A stretch of 64,000 bases of DNA from Squalus acanthias (taxonomy: Eukaryota), in the NCBI GenBank assembly GCA_030390025.1, contig CM059427.1, positions 152,024,001 through 152,088,000 on the forward strand, read 5' to 3'. Below the pieces are notes generated by a model, which saw nothing but the letters and a program-made list of their open reading frames with translations, was not told the origin of the DNA and made no database searches. Of the stretch, positions 1 through 11,280 are shown in pieces (the stretch's first letter is position 1; each line of letters starts with the position of its first letter). A program made the position numbers and the translations under genes.

Positions 1-874
1 GATGAAAATTGTTCAGGGACTCCAGCACACTACCAATATGTTCTATCATTAAATAATATACTAGATGCTTTTGCTCTGCAATTTTTTTCATATGATGCAT
101 CAGTCCTGTCGTGTCTGCCTTCACCTTAGAAAAAAGATAAATGTAAAAGACTGCAAAATGAAAATATTAATGATGCATTGAAGCACAGCCAAGACATCTG
201 AGACCTTGGATAACCCTATCAGAATCCTTTTACCACTGTTAGTATAATGTATTCCCAGTAATGCTTTTAAGTTTTAAATATCCTTGCAGTTTTGGAAATT
301 TGCCCATTGTTGCAAAAATCTGATCATTGTGACTATTTAAAAGGCATAATTTTGGATGGCAAGTGGAGATCAGACAGGAATACAGTGGGTTAGTGCACAA
401 TTACAAGTGTTCTAAGACAAGCTTAATGGAGCTTATATGTTTTACTATGAGCTAGGAGGGCATTTACAACTCTTTCTAGCATGCAAAATATAATTCTGAC
501 CAATATAAAACTAACTTCATACTTTTTTTTATATTGGTCAGTATCTGGCCTGGTATTTGAGTAGGGGGAACAGAAAAAGAGAGCAGTGAACACATGCAGA
601 AACTTGCATGTGTATAGTTCCTTTAACATAAATAAGTATAAATGGGCAGTGACAAAAAGCATGGTTAAATGGGTAAATTTTGAAGAGGCTTTTAAAGTCT
701 GGGAAAAGAGACAAGGTGATGGGTTTAGGGAGAGTTCAAGAGAGTATGGTTAAGGCAGGTGGGAGCTTTGCCACTGATGAAGATGCACAGGAAGCCAGAG
801 TTGGATGACTGTGAGCTTGGGCCAGGCCATTATATTGGAGGTAATCACAGAGGCAGAGTAGGGCAAATCAATCA

Positions 875-3800
875 GGAACAGTAACAGTGGTTATGTTACT
901 GGACTAGTAATCCAGAGGCCTAGACTAATGATCCGAGACATGAGTTCAAATCCCACCATGACATCTGGGAAATTTAAATTCCATTAAGTAAATCTGGAAT
1001 ACAAAGCCAGTATCAGTGACCATGAAACTATCAGATTGTCGTAAAAACCCATCTGGTTCACTAATGTCCTTTTAGGGAAGAAAATCTGCCGTCCTTGCCT
1101 GGTCTGGCCGAAATGTGACTCCAGACCCACAGCAATGTGGGTGACTCTTAACTGCCCTCTGAAATGGCCTAGCAAGCCACTCAGTTGTAACAAAACCACT
1201 ACGAGAAACTATAATAAGAAAACCGGAAGGACCACCCGGCATTGACCTCTGCACCGGCTTCGGACACGACAGCGGCATACCCAGCCTAGGCGACCATGCA
1301 AAGTCCTCCTCACTAACATCTGGGAACGTGTGCCAAAATTGGGAGAGCTGTCCCACAGACAAGTCGAGCACCAGCCTGACATGTCATACTTGCAGAATCA
1401 TACCTTCCAGCCAATGTCCCAGACTCCTCCATCGCCATCCCTGGGTATGTCCTGTCCCATCCGCAGGACTAGACCCACCAGACGGGGCGGCACAGTGGTA
1501 TACAGTCGGGAGGGCATGGCCTTGGGAGCCCCCAACGTCCACTCCGGATCCCATGAAGTCTCATGGCTTTAGGTCAAGCATGGGCAAGGAAACCACCTGC
1601 TCATTACCACCTACCACCCTCCCTCAGCTGATGAATCAGTACTCCTCCATGTTGAACACCACTTTGAAGAAGCGCTGAGGGTAGCAAGGGTACAGAAAGT
1701 ACTCTGGGTGGGGGACATCAATGTCCATCATGGTAGCACCACTACTGACCGAGCTGGCCGAGTCCTGAAGGACATAGCTACCAGATTGGGCCTGCAGCAG
1801 GTGGTGAGAGAGCCAACACAAGGGGAAAAACCTACTTGACCTCGTCCTCACCAGTCTACCTGTTGCAGATGCATCTGTCCATGACAGCAGTGATCACTGT
1901 ACAGTCCTTGTGGCGACGAAGTCCCATTTTCACACTGAGGACACCCTCCATCATGTTGTGTGGCTCTACCACCGTGCTAAATGGGATGGATTTAGAACAG
2001 ACCTAGCAGCTCAAAACTGGGCATCCATGAGGCGCTGTGGGGCAGCAGCAGCAGAATTGAATTCCACCACAACCTGTAACCTCATGGCCTGGCATATCCC
2101 TCACTCTACCACTACCATCAAGCCAGGGGACCAACCCTGGTTCAATGAGGAGTGTGGAAGAGCCTGCCAGGAGCAGCAACAGGTGTACTTAATGAGGTGC
2201 CAACCTGAGGAAGCTGCAACACATTACATGCATGCTAAACAGCAGAAGCAGCATGCTATAGATAGAGCTAAGCGATCCCACAATCAATGGATCCGATCAA
2301 AGCCCTGCAGTTCTGCCACATCTAGTCGTGAAAGGTGGTGGACAATTAAATAACTAACAGGAGGAAGAGGCTCCATGAATATCCCCATCCTCAATGATGG
2401 TGGAGCCCAGCACATGAGTGCAAAAGACAAGGCTGAAGCGTTCACAACCATCTTCAGCCAGAAGTGCCAAGTGGGTGATCCATATCGGCCTCCTCCTGAG
2501 GCCCCCACCATCACAGAAGCAAGTCTTCAGCCAATTCGATTTGCTCCATGTGATATCCAGAAACGGCTGAGCGCACTGGATACAGCAAAGGCTATGGGCA
2601 CAGACGACAGCCCGGCTGTCGTGCTGAAGATGTACTCCAGAACTAGCCGCGCCTCTAGGCAAACTGTTCCAGTACAGCAACAACATTGGCATCTACCCGA
2701 CTGTGGAAAACTGCCCAGGTATGTCCTGTCCACAAAGAGCAGGACAAATCCAATCCGGCCAATTACCGCCCCATCAGTCTACTCTCCATCAGCAAAGTGA
2801 TGGAAGGTGTCATTGACCGTGCTATCAAGAGGCACTTACTCACCAATAACCTGCTCACTGATGCCCAGTTTGGGTTCTGCCAGGACCACTAGGCTCCAGA
2901 CCTCATTACAGCCTTGGTTCAAACATGGACAAAAGAGCTGAATTCCAGAAGTGAGGTGAGAGTGATTGCCCTCGACATCAAGGCAGCATTTGAACGAGTG
3001 TGGCATCAAAGAACGCTGTAAAATTGAAGTCAATGGGAATTGAGGAAAACTCTCCACTGGCTGGAGTCATACCTCGCATGTAGGTTGTTGGAGATCAATC
3101 GTCTCAGCCTCAGGACATCGCTGCAGGAGCTCCACAGGGCAGTGTCCTAGGCCCAACCATCTTCAGCTGCTTTATCAGTGACCTTCCCTCCATCATAAGG
3201 TCAGAAGTGAGGATGTTCGCTGATGACTGCAGTGTTCAGTTCCATTCTTAAAAGAATGGGTCTTAAAAGAAGTGGCTGCAGAGATAGTGGATGCATTGGT
3301 TGCAATATACCAAAATTCCCTGGACTCTGGAGAGGTCCCAGCGGATTGGAAAACCACTAATGTAACACCCCTATTTAAGAAAGGAGGGAGACAGAAAGCC
3401 GGAAACTATAGACCAGTTAGCCTAATATCTGTCGTTGGGAAAATGCTGGAGTCCTTCATTAAGGAAGCAGTAGCGGGGAATTTAGAAAAACATACTGCAG
3501 TCAAACAGTCAGCATGGTTTTGGGAAAGGGAAACCATGTTTAACAAATTTGCTGGAGTTCTTTGAGGATGTAACAAGCAGGGTGGACAAGGGTGAGCCAG
3601 TGGATGTGGTGTATTTGGATTTCCAGAAAGCATTCGATAAGGTGCCACATAAAAGATTACTGCATAAGATAAGAGCTCACGGAGTTGGGGGTAATATATT
3701 AGCATGGATAGAGAATTGGCTAACTAACAAAGCAGACAGTCGGGATAAATGGGTCATTTTCTGGTTGGCAAACGGTAACTAGTGGGGTGCCACAAGGATC

Positions 3801-5460
3801 GGTGCTGGGGCCCCAACTATTTACAATCTACATTAATGACTTGGATGAGGGGATCGAGTGTAATGTAGCCAAGTTTGCAGATGATGCAAAGATGGGTGGG
3901 AAAGCAAGTTGTGCAGAGGACTCGAATCTGCAAAGGGATATAGACAAGCTAGGTGAGTGGGCAAACATTTGGCAGATGGAGTATAATGTGGGAAAGTGCG
4001 AGCTTATCCACTTTGGCAGGAAAAATAAAAAAGCAAATTATTATTTAAATGGAGAGAGATTACAAAATGCTACAGTTCAGAGGGACCTGGGGGTCCTTAT
4101 GCATGAAATGCAAAAAGTTAGCATGCAGGTACAGCAAGTAATCAAAGACAAATGGGATTTTGGCCTTTATTTCAAGGGGGTTGGAGTATAAAAGCAGGGA
4201 AGTCCTGCTACAACTGTACAGGTATTGGTGAGACCACACCTTGAGTACTGCGTACAGTTTTGGTCTCCTTATTTAAGGAAGGATATACTTGCATTGGAGG
4301 CAGTTCAGAGACGATTCACTAGGTTAATTCCAGAGATGAGATGAGTTTGACTTATGAGGAAAGGTTGAGCAGGTTGGGCCTATACTCATTGGAATTTAGA
4401 AGAATGAGAGGTGATCTTATCGAAACATATAAGATACTGAGGGGGCTTGACAAGGTAGATGCAGAGAGGATGTTTCCCCTCTTGGGGAAATCTAGAACTC
4501 GGGGGCACAGTCTCGGAATAAAAGGTCGCCCTTTTAGAACTGAGATGAGGAGGAACTTCTTCTGAGGGTTGTAAATTTGTGGAGTTCTCTGCCCCAGAGA
4601 GCTGTGGAGGCTGGGTCATTAAATACATTTAAAGTGGAGATAGTTAAATTTTTGCAAGATAAGGGAGTGAAGGGTTATGGGGAGCAGGCAGGGAAGTAGC
4701 TTTGAGCCCAAGATCAGCCATGATCTTATTAAATGGCGGAGCAGACTAGAGGGGCCAAGTGCCCGATTCTTGCTCCTATTTCTTATGTTCATTCGTAACT
4801 TCTAATAATGAAGCAGTCCATGCCCGTATGCAACAAGACCTGGACGACATTCAGGCTTGGGCTGATAAGTGCCATTCGCACCACACAAGTGGCTGGCAAT
4901 GACCATCTCCAACAAGCGAGAGTCTAACCACCGCCCACTGACATTCAATGGCGTTAACATCACCAAATCCCCCACCATCAACATCCTGGGGGCTACCATT
5001 GACCAGAAACTTAACTGGACCAGCCACATAAATATACATACTGTGGCAACAAGAGCAGGTCAGAGGCTGGGTATTCTGCGGCGAGTGTCTCACCTCTTGA
5101 TTCCCCAAAGTCTTTGAACCATCTACAAGGCACAAGTCAGGAGTGTGATGGCAAACTCTCCACTTGCCTGGATGAGTGCAGCTGCAACAACACAAGAAGC
5201 TCGACACCATCCAGGACAAAGCAGCCTGCAAGTTCCCCTCCAAGTCTCACACCATCCTGACTTGGAAGTATATTGTCGTTCCTTCATCGTCGCTGGGTCA
5301 AAATCCTGGAACTCCCTCCCTAACAGCACTGTGGGAGAACCTTACCACAAGGACTGCAGCGGTTCAAAAAGGCAGCTCGCCACCACCTTCTGAAGGGCAA
5401 TTAGGGATGGGCAATAAATGCTGGCCTTGCCAGCGATACCCACATCCCAGGAACAAATAA
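875..5460 (+). mobile_element. CR1-group LINE 'family A': tRNA-like 5' head, frameshifted APE endonuclease-RT, 3' tail; interrupted at 3248-4789
   Basis: Head has A-box-like agtggtta and B-box GAGTTCAAATC (~941). EN motifs follow (PKLGELSHR, RGGTVVYS), then RT motifs (QVCPVHKEQDKSNPANYRPISLLS, GSVLGP, MFADD at ~3213-3227, SWNSLPNSTVG). Tail ends GGGCAATAAATGCTGGCCTTGCC...CCCACATCCC...AATAAAA. Many stops and frameshifts. Confidence 0.85.
3248..4789 (+). mobile_element. 5'-truncated CR1 LINE 'family B' (RT region + 3' UTR) inserted into family A
   Basis: ORF fragments VPADWKTTNVTPLFKKG, VYLDFQKAFDKVPH, PQGSVLGP, KFADD, LERRRMRGDL-type motif; tail TTTCTTATGTT. CATTC is present at both junctions (3243-3247 and 4790-4794). 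Confidence 0.92.
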
Positions 5461-8400
5461 AAATAAGGATTTTAGGATGAGGATGAGATTTTGAAATGAC
5501 TATGTCGGGCGAGATGGAGCTACTGCTGGGCAAACGTTGGGATACTGCAAAGGTAGCAGTGTTCCAGAGCTGCAAGTGGGATTTGAGTTTCAGCTGTAGA
5601 TTGAGCAAGAGACTGGTTGCAGCCTGAGTGAGCAGTTGGTGATGGAACTAGGTGAAGATATAGTGGTTTGTTTTTTTGGAAGCTGTATATGATGGTTTCA
5701 ATTTTCCCATTGAATTTGGCATGTCCACAACTTGGTGTTAAGCGGACGGTCTTGACTGTGCAGAGGAGTTATGTGGTAGAGAGGTGGAGCAGAATGTGAT
5801 CAGTGTACACGTGGAAACTGATCCTATTTCTTTGAATTATGTGATCTTTGAGGGGAAGCAGGTAAATAAGGAAAAAAGAGGGTATGGAGGATGGAACCTT
5901 TGATTATACCAGAGGTGATCTATTAGAGGTGGGAGAAGAAGCCATTGTGAAAATACTCTAGCCACTTTGGGACAAGTATAAGTGGGACCATGGAAGAGCA
6001 AAATATTCCAAGGTGCTTCATGAATGAGTACGGTGGAGGAAGCTGACCGAGGAGAAATTAATGATGTGTAAGGCTGAAAGCATGTTCGAGGATAATTTTA
6101 AGGTGACTTTTGTAGGTGGACAAAGCTGTCAAAAGGTAAAGGAGTTGGAGTGTGGGGAGCATGATAGTTGTTGGAACTAAGGATGGGGTGCTGGGCGTAC
6201 GGTGCGAATGCACAGGCCAGTATAGTTTGGGGGTTTGTATGCCCCCTGAATATAGTAAATGCTATAGTAAAGCTCTCAATGTAGATTATAATTTGTAATT
6301 TTGGAAACACTCGATTTGGTGAAGCCCTGAACTAGTAAGAGTTTAACAAGTGGACGCTGGTTTAAACAGATAGTTTGGGGGTAGATCAGTCTGTGAATTT
6401 CCATGTTTTTACTTGTTGAAGTAGTCCTATAAAACATCTGTTCTGCCTCTGCTCAAAACTAGAGGCTGCATTACTCATTTAAATACGCCAAAACCATTTT
6501 TTTTTCAGTGGCAACAATGGAGGTTAATTTGTTTTGTGCTTGCTGGTAAAGACTATTATAGTAACTTAAACTGCTATTATGCTACAGACATAGCTAGGTA
6601 ATGTCAAATCTTTTTGTTTCTGCCAACTCTTGCAATGAAAAGAATTCAGTGTATCAGCTGGCATTTTTAACTGTTGATTATTCATCTGCCTTTTAATTGG
6701 CGGATATAAAACAGCTGATGGATGGATTACAGCTAGCATTTCCTACTGAACACTATTTACATTTATAGTGCAAGCTTTTCCGAGATAGTCCAGAGATGTT
6801 TTTAAGTATCTAATAAGACAGTTGTATCTATTTGGTGGACAGCATTGGGATATAATGGCCCACTTTCTTTCATAATTATGGATATAACCCCTTCACCTGG
6901 TTCTTTTGATAATTTGACTTGTAACAAATTATATACCATATGTTCATTATGTAACAAGGGGTTAAGATAATTCTGCAGTTTGAGGTTGTAATATGGCTGT
7001 ACCCTTTTGCTTGCTGGCCAGCATAAAAGCCAGCAGTAGTTGGAGGGTACAGCACTGTGTTTAATTTAGAGTTGTCCAACATGTCCTCTAAGACCTGGCA
7101 GCCTGACCAATCCCAGGCAGCTCAGTATTATTTGCACTTGTACTTCATATTTTCTTTTTTGTCCTGTTGCATTTTGTGGGCCTGCAGCTTTATTGGTGGA
7201 AGAATACTAAGATTTGTTTGTATTAGTGACTTCAAATATATGCAAATTAATGAACATGGATTTAAACTTTACATGTGACCCTCAAGACTCTTAAGTGATC
7301 CACAAGGACAAAACTTTTGGCTTAATTGAAGCTCTGAGATGGTGCTGTTTTGTTTTACTATTCAGTATTTTTACTAATACTGAGATAATAGAGGCCTTAT
7401 GTGCCTGTCCTTTTCAAATACACAGAAACAAAGTCTTGTACTCTATTGGATCCAGAATTGGGGTTAATTTCTTCTATCAATAAAGTGCAAGTGTTTTATA
7501 CTGTATGAATGCATCTATTGTACCACAGAAGTATGAAGTGGTTTTAGTGAAAATGACTTGCTTTGTAACTTTCTTCATTCTGTCACTGGTTAATAATGGC
7601 ACTGTTTTTTCAGTAAATGCTGGACCTTCCTTAGTTGGGCTTTCATTTATTAAATTCTGAATCCAACAAAATCATGCCAAATTAATATTTGACACTTTGT
7701 ACTTACACAATGAAGATGTACAAATTTAACAGCTGACTCAGTTCAATTTTTTAATTTTAAAATGTTATTGAGAAATGGATGAATAATTCTTAATTTATAG
7801 CTCTGAATTCTGTACATTGCATATCAAATATACAAGGGGCAATTACCATCATGTTTTGGTACTAGAGAGATTTTTTTTAATAGAAACTAAAAGGAAGGTT
7901 ACAGTTTAGTATGGTAGGTAGATGAAGTGGTTAAGTGCTTACCTTTGGAATTTGAGGTGCTGGCCTTGCTTTCAGTTGAACTAATTTTGCACAGATGAGT
8001 TAGTTTTATCTTTTCTCAAATGTGGGTGGGGGAACAGGAGTAAAGGAAAAAGACCATTATAAGAGAATTCCACCTGTTATCTGGTCAGGCAATGAAGCTT
8101 GTGAACAAACAGTCCCTCTCATCTTAGCTGGAGGTGAATTTGTGGTAAATGAAGGAAGGGGTGGCCGGGAAGAACACTGTTCAGTATGGAAGAAATGGGA
8201 AAAATCTTTTGCTCTTCAGAGTTGGGTCGTAACGTACATAGTTTAAAAAGCACCTACTTCCAGATATGTTTTTCCTCTAAGAGCACGTCAGTTAAAAGAC
8301 AAATTGTTGCGTTTTCAAATAAATGTGTTCATTTATGATATTATTTAAGTTGTTTTTGTCACACAAGGCATGAATCGTGCTGATTGAGTTTGGACCAGTT

Positions 8401-8882
8401 AATTAAAGGTCACGTTACCATAAAATGTATGCCTCCTATTGTATGAATTTTCAAGTTTAACTGTTACGGATGAATGCCCTACCTCAATGTTAAGGCTGCA
8501 AAAGTACTCAAGCTGTCATTTAAAATCTATGCACAAGTATATAATTAAGGGAAAATCCTGAAATGAATTAATGTGGCTGAAGAAGTGCCAGCCAAAGATG
8601 AATTCTTGTACTTGGACAATGGAAGATAATACTTCTAGGCTGTGTGGATAGGATGACCGTGGTTCTGTTACTTCAGAGACAAGTTGGAAAATGTGGGCTT
8701 TTTAAGTAATATGTAAATGCAGGACTGTGCTCCATTTTCTTGTCCAATTTATACCCATATAGTGTGAACTTATTCATGGAAAATTAATCTCAATGACTCG
8801 ATGGTAGAATGCATAAATTAAAATGAAAATATTTGAAGTAAAGGTAGAGTGCTTTACTAAATATTTTTCTTTATCCCAATAG

Positions 8883-9086
8883 AAACAAATAATTGTGGAT
8901 CCCCTGAGCTTCAGTGAGGAACGTTTCAGACCATCTCTGGAAGAACGACTTGAGAGCATCATTAGTGGGGCTGCACTAATGGCAGACTCGTCTTGTACCC
9001 GTGATGATCGACGTGAGCGCATCGTAGCGGAGTGTAATGCAGTGAGACAGGCTTTGCAGGACCTGCTATCTGAATACATGGGCAAT
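8883..9086 (+). CDS. CTNNA1: Catenin alpha-1 (alpha-E-catenin) coding exon, equivalent to human exon 7 (204 nt, phase 0-0)
   Basis: AG at 8881-8882 and GTAAGT at 9087. Translates KQIIVDPLSFSEERFRPSLEERLESIISGAALMADSSCTRDDRRERIVAECNAVRQALQDLLSEYMGN, which matches CTNNA1 rather than CTNNA2 as recalled. Confidence 0.97.
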
Positions 9087-9949
9087 GTAAGTTGGGTGAA
9101 GTTCATTTTAAGACTTAAATGTTTCATGATCCAGTTTAGACGAGGCCGTAACTTTTTCCAAAACACACAAATGAATGTTTAGACTAGTGGTCAAATTATT
9201 TCACAATGCAGACTCCTATTTGGAAAAGATAATCAATGGAGCTATATTTCTGTTAAATAATGCAAACACAGCAAATTGTAAAATGGAGACATTTCACTTT
9301 TTTGAGGGGTGAACTGATTCGCTTGCGTAATTAAATGATAAAAGCTTGCAGAATCCTGGGAGACAGCACAATAAAAGTAGAGGTAGTAAGGTTGTGTAAT
9401 TAGAGTTTGTAGTTGCATTCTGCCCCTAGAGGTGATACGATAGTCACTTCATCCTGAAGTGATCTGACCTTGAATGATGCAGAGCTTTCATTATAAATGT
9501 AGCATAAAACAGCAACTGACATACTTTTTGTTTTTAAAGAATACTTTTTATTTTATGTGGCCATGTTGTATTCTCTTCACGTACGGTATAACTTGCCCAT
9601 AACATTAATTGGATGGTCAATCTACCTATGCTGTCAGGTTATTTTTTAGCTTCCAATGTAAGCTATTGCTCATTGAGATTTTGTGTATCTAGCTTACCCT
9701 ATTGTATGTTTGGAAATTTTATCTTAATTTGACATCCTGGTAATTGGAATTGTGAAGCTGAACCTGCACAGCACATGGATGGCAGCTTCCACCCTTCACA
9801 TTGTAAATATTTTGAGGTAAATTGATTTGTTAACCTTTTTATTATGTAGGTAAATTCCATAATTAAGCAGGTATGTTTACTGTAAATCATGAGACACATT
9901 TTGAATAATATCAACAGATTTACTTAATTTCATCAAAGACACAGAACTG

Positions 9950-11280
9950 TTGCTCTCATCTGTCTTTTGTCCTTCCATATATTCCTTCTGGCTGCTGCCC
10001 CCGACCCAAGCCCATTACTTCAGTCAGCCTTTCATTTTTCATCTCCGTCCCTCCTCCTGTCACCCAGCCGTGATGCCTTTCATTTCTCTGTTACTTTGCT
10101 CTTACCCCAACCCATCACTACTTCACCTTCCTAACTCTCCTGCCAACATTCTAGGCTTAAATCGCCCTTGAATAAGCCCATGGCTACAGTCTGTTCCTCT
10201 CTTTGCATTCTGAAAGGCTCATCAAAGCACCTGTCTCTGCCTCCTTACAAGACCACCGCCCTGTCCACTTTTCCCTCCAGATTATCAATTCATTTGCTAT
10301 CTTACTCTGATGGCATTAACATTCTGGCTTTGACTGAAACTTGGCTCACTGGTGGCAATACCTTGCCCCTTACCAAAGCCTGTCTGTCTTGTGAAACTTT
10401 CCATCACCACTCCTGCCCAAACTGCTGCGGTGGCCATGTGGTTCTTAATACGAAGTCATACTTTTGGTCTCCCCAGCTACTCCTCTCGCACCTTCTCTAT
10501 CAAGCACCTCGCCCTGTTTCAGACCCCTCGCTTCTCCTTTAAAATCATTGTTGTCTGCCTCATCCTGAATTTCTCGCCAGATAGCCTCCTTCCTTTCTTC
10601 CCTCTGCCTCTGTGCTTACCAATGACTCATGCTCAGTGATTTCAATTTCCATCTCTGTTCCCTTTTCTTCCTCCTCCTCCTCTGAATTCATCGCCCTCCT
10701 GTTCTTCTTAAATCTCTTGCTGCGTATAAACTCTGCTACTCATATTTTCTGCTAATCCTCGACTTTGCCATCTCCTGTTCCTGTAGTCTTGATCACTGAC
10801 TAGGCTATTTCTGACCACTTCTTCTCTACCCCTTCCAACACCATTTCCTTCTGCGTCCCCTTCTCCCAGCTCTAGCTATAAATCCCATTTCTCTCATCTC
10901 CCCTTCGTGCCCTCCCTGAACTCATGAGACCCACCTTATGTTCCCTTGTCTCCATTCCCACTAAAGCGCACCAATGCTCCCTCTAATTTTTTTTTCGTGC
11001 ACAGTCCCTTTAAATTGGGTGCCCATGTGCGGTATCTTCCAGCATGTGAGCAACCTGCATGGGACCCCCCGGATTGCTCTGTGGCCGCGCAGCTTAGAGG
11101 GAACGTTGCTGACAACCCAACTTCCTTTCCTATCCTTTGAGTTGATTTTGTAAGTGGTTTCCTCTCCTCAGACACTGCCATCCTCCCTTTCAAAACCGCT
11201 GTCATCGCACTTTCCTTCCAAAAAAAAAACCTCCCCCTCAAGACCTCTGTCCTTGCAAACTACCATCTCCAACCTCCAGT
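9950..11280 (+). mobile_element. Decayed L2-clade LINE (endonuclease and start of RT, internal deletions)
   Basis: CT-rich strand. EN motifs INILALTETWLT and a GGGVA-like site. RT-region remnant ...PFKTAVI...SVLANYH(R)..SNL near 11190-11275. Confidence 0.75.
10972..11108. mobile_element. 137-bp hAT-like MITE inserted in the L2
   Basis: 15-bp terminal inverted repeats CAATGCTCCCTCTAA / TTAGAGGGAACGTTG (2 mismatches). The L2 sequence resumes on both sides. An 8-bp TSD is not cleanly preserved. Confidence 0.7.

Larger units (their letters stand above)
670..6050 (-). mobile_element. Old L2-like LINE remnant split by the nested insertion at 875-5460 (pieces ~670-874 and ~5465-6050)
   Basis: Purine-rich + strand motifs (gggtttagggagagttc..., aagccagagttgg..., ggattttaggatgaggatgagattttgaa) resemble the better-preserved reversed L2 3' regions at 16623-17690 and 18838-19215 and continue across the insertion. 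Boundaries are approximate. Confidence 0.5.

Noticed and set aside
8774-9166. 130-aa ORF antisense to CTNNA1 exon 7
   Set aside because: Shadow ORF of a coding exon with no independent support.
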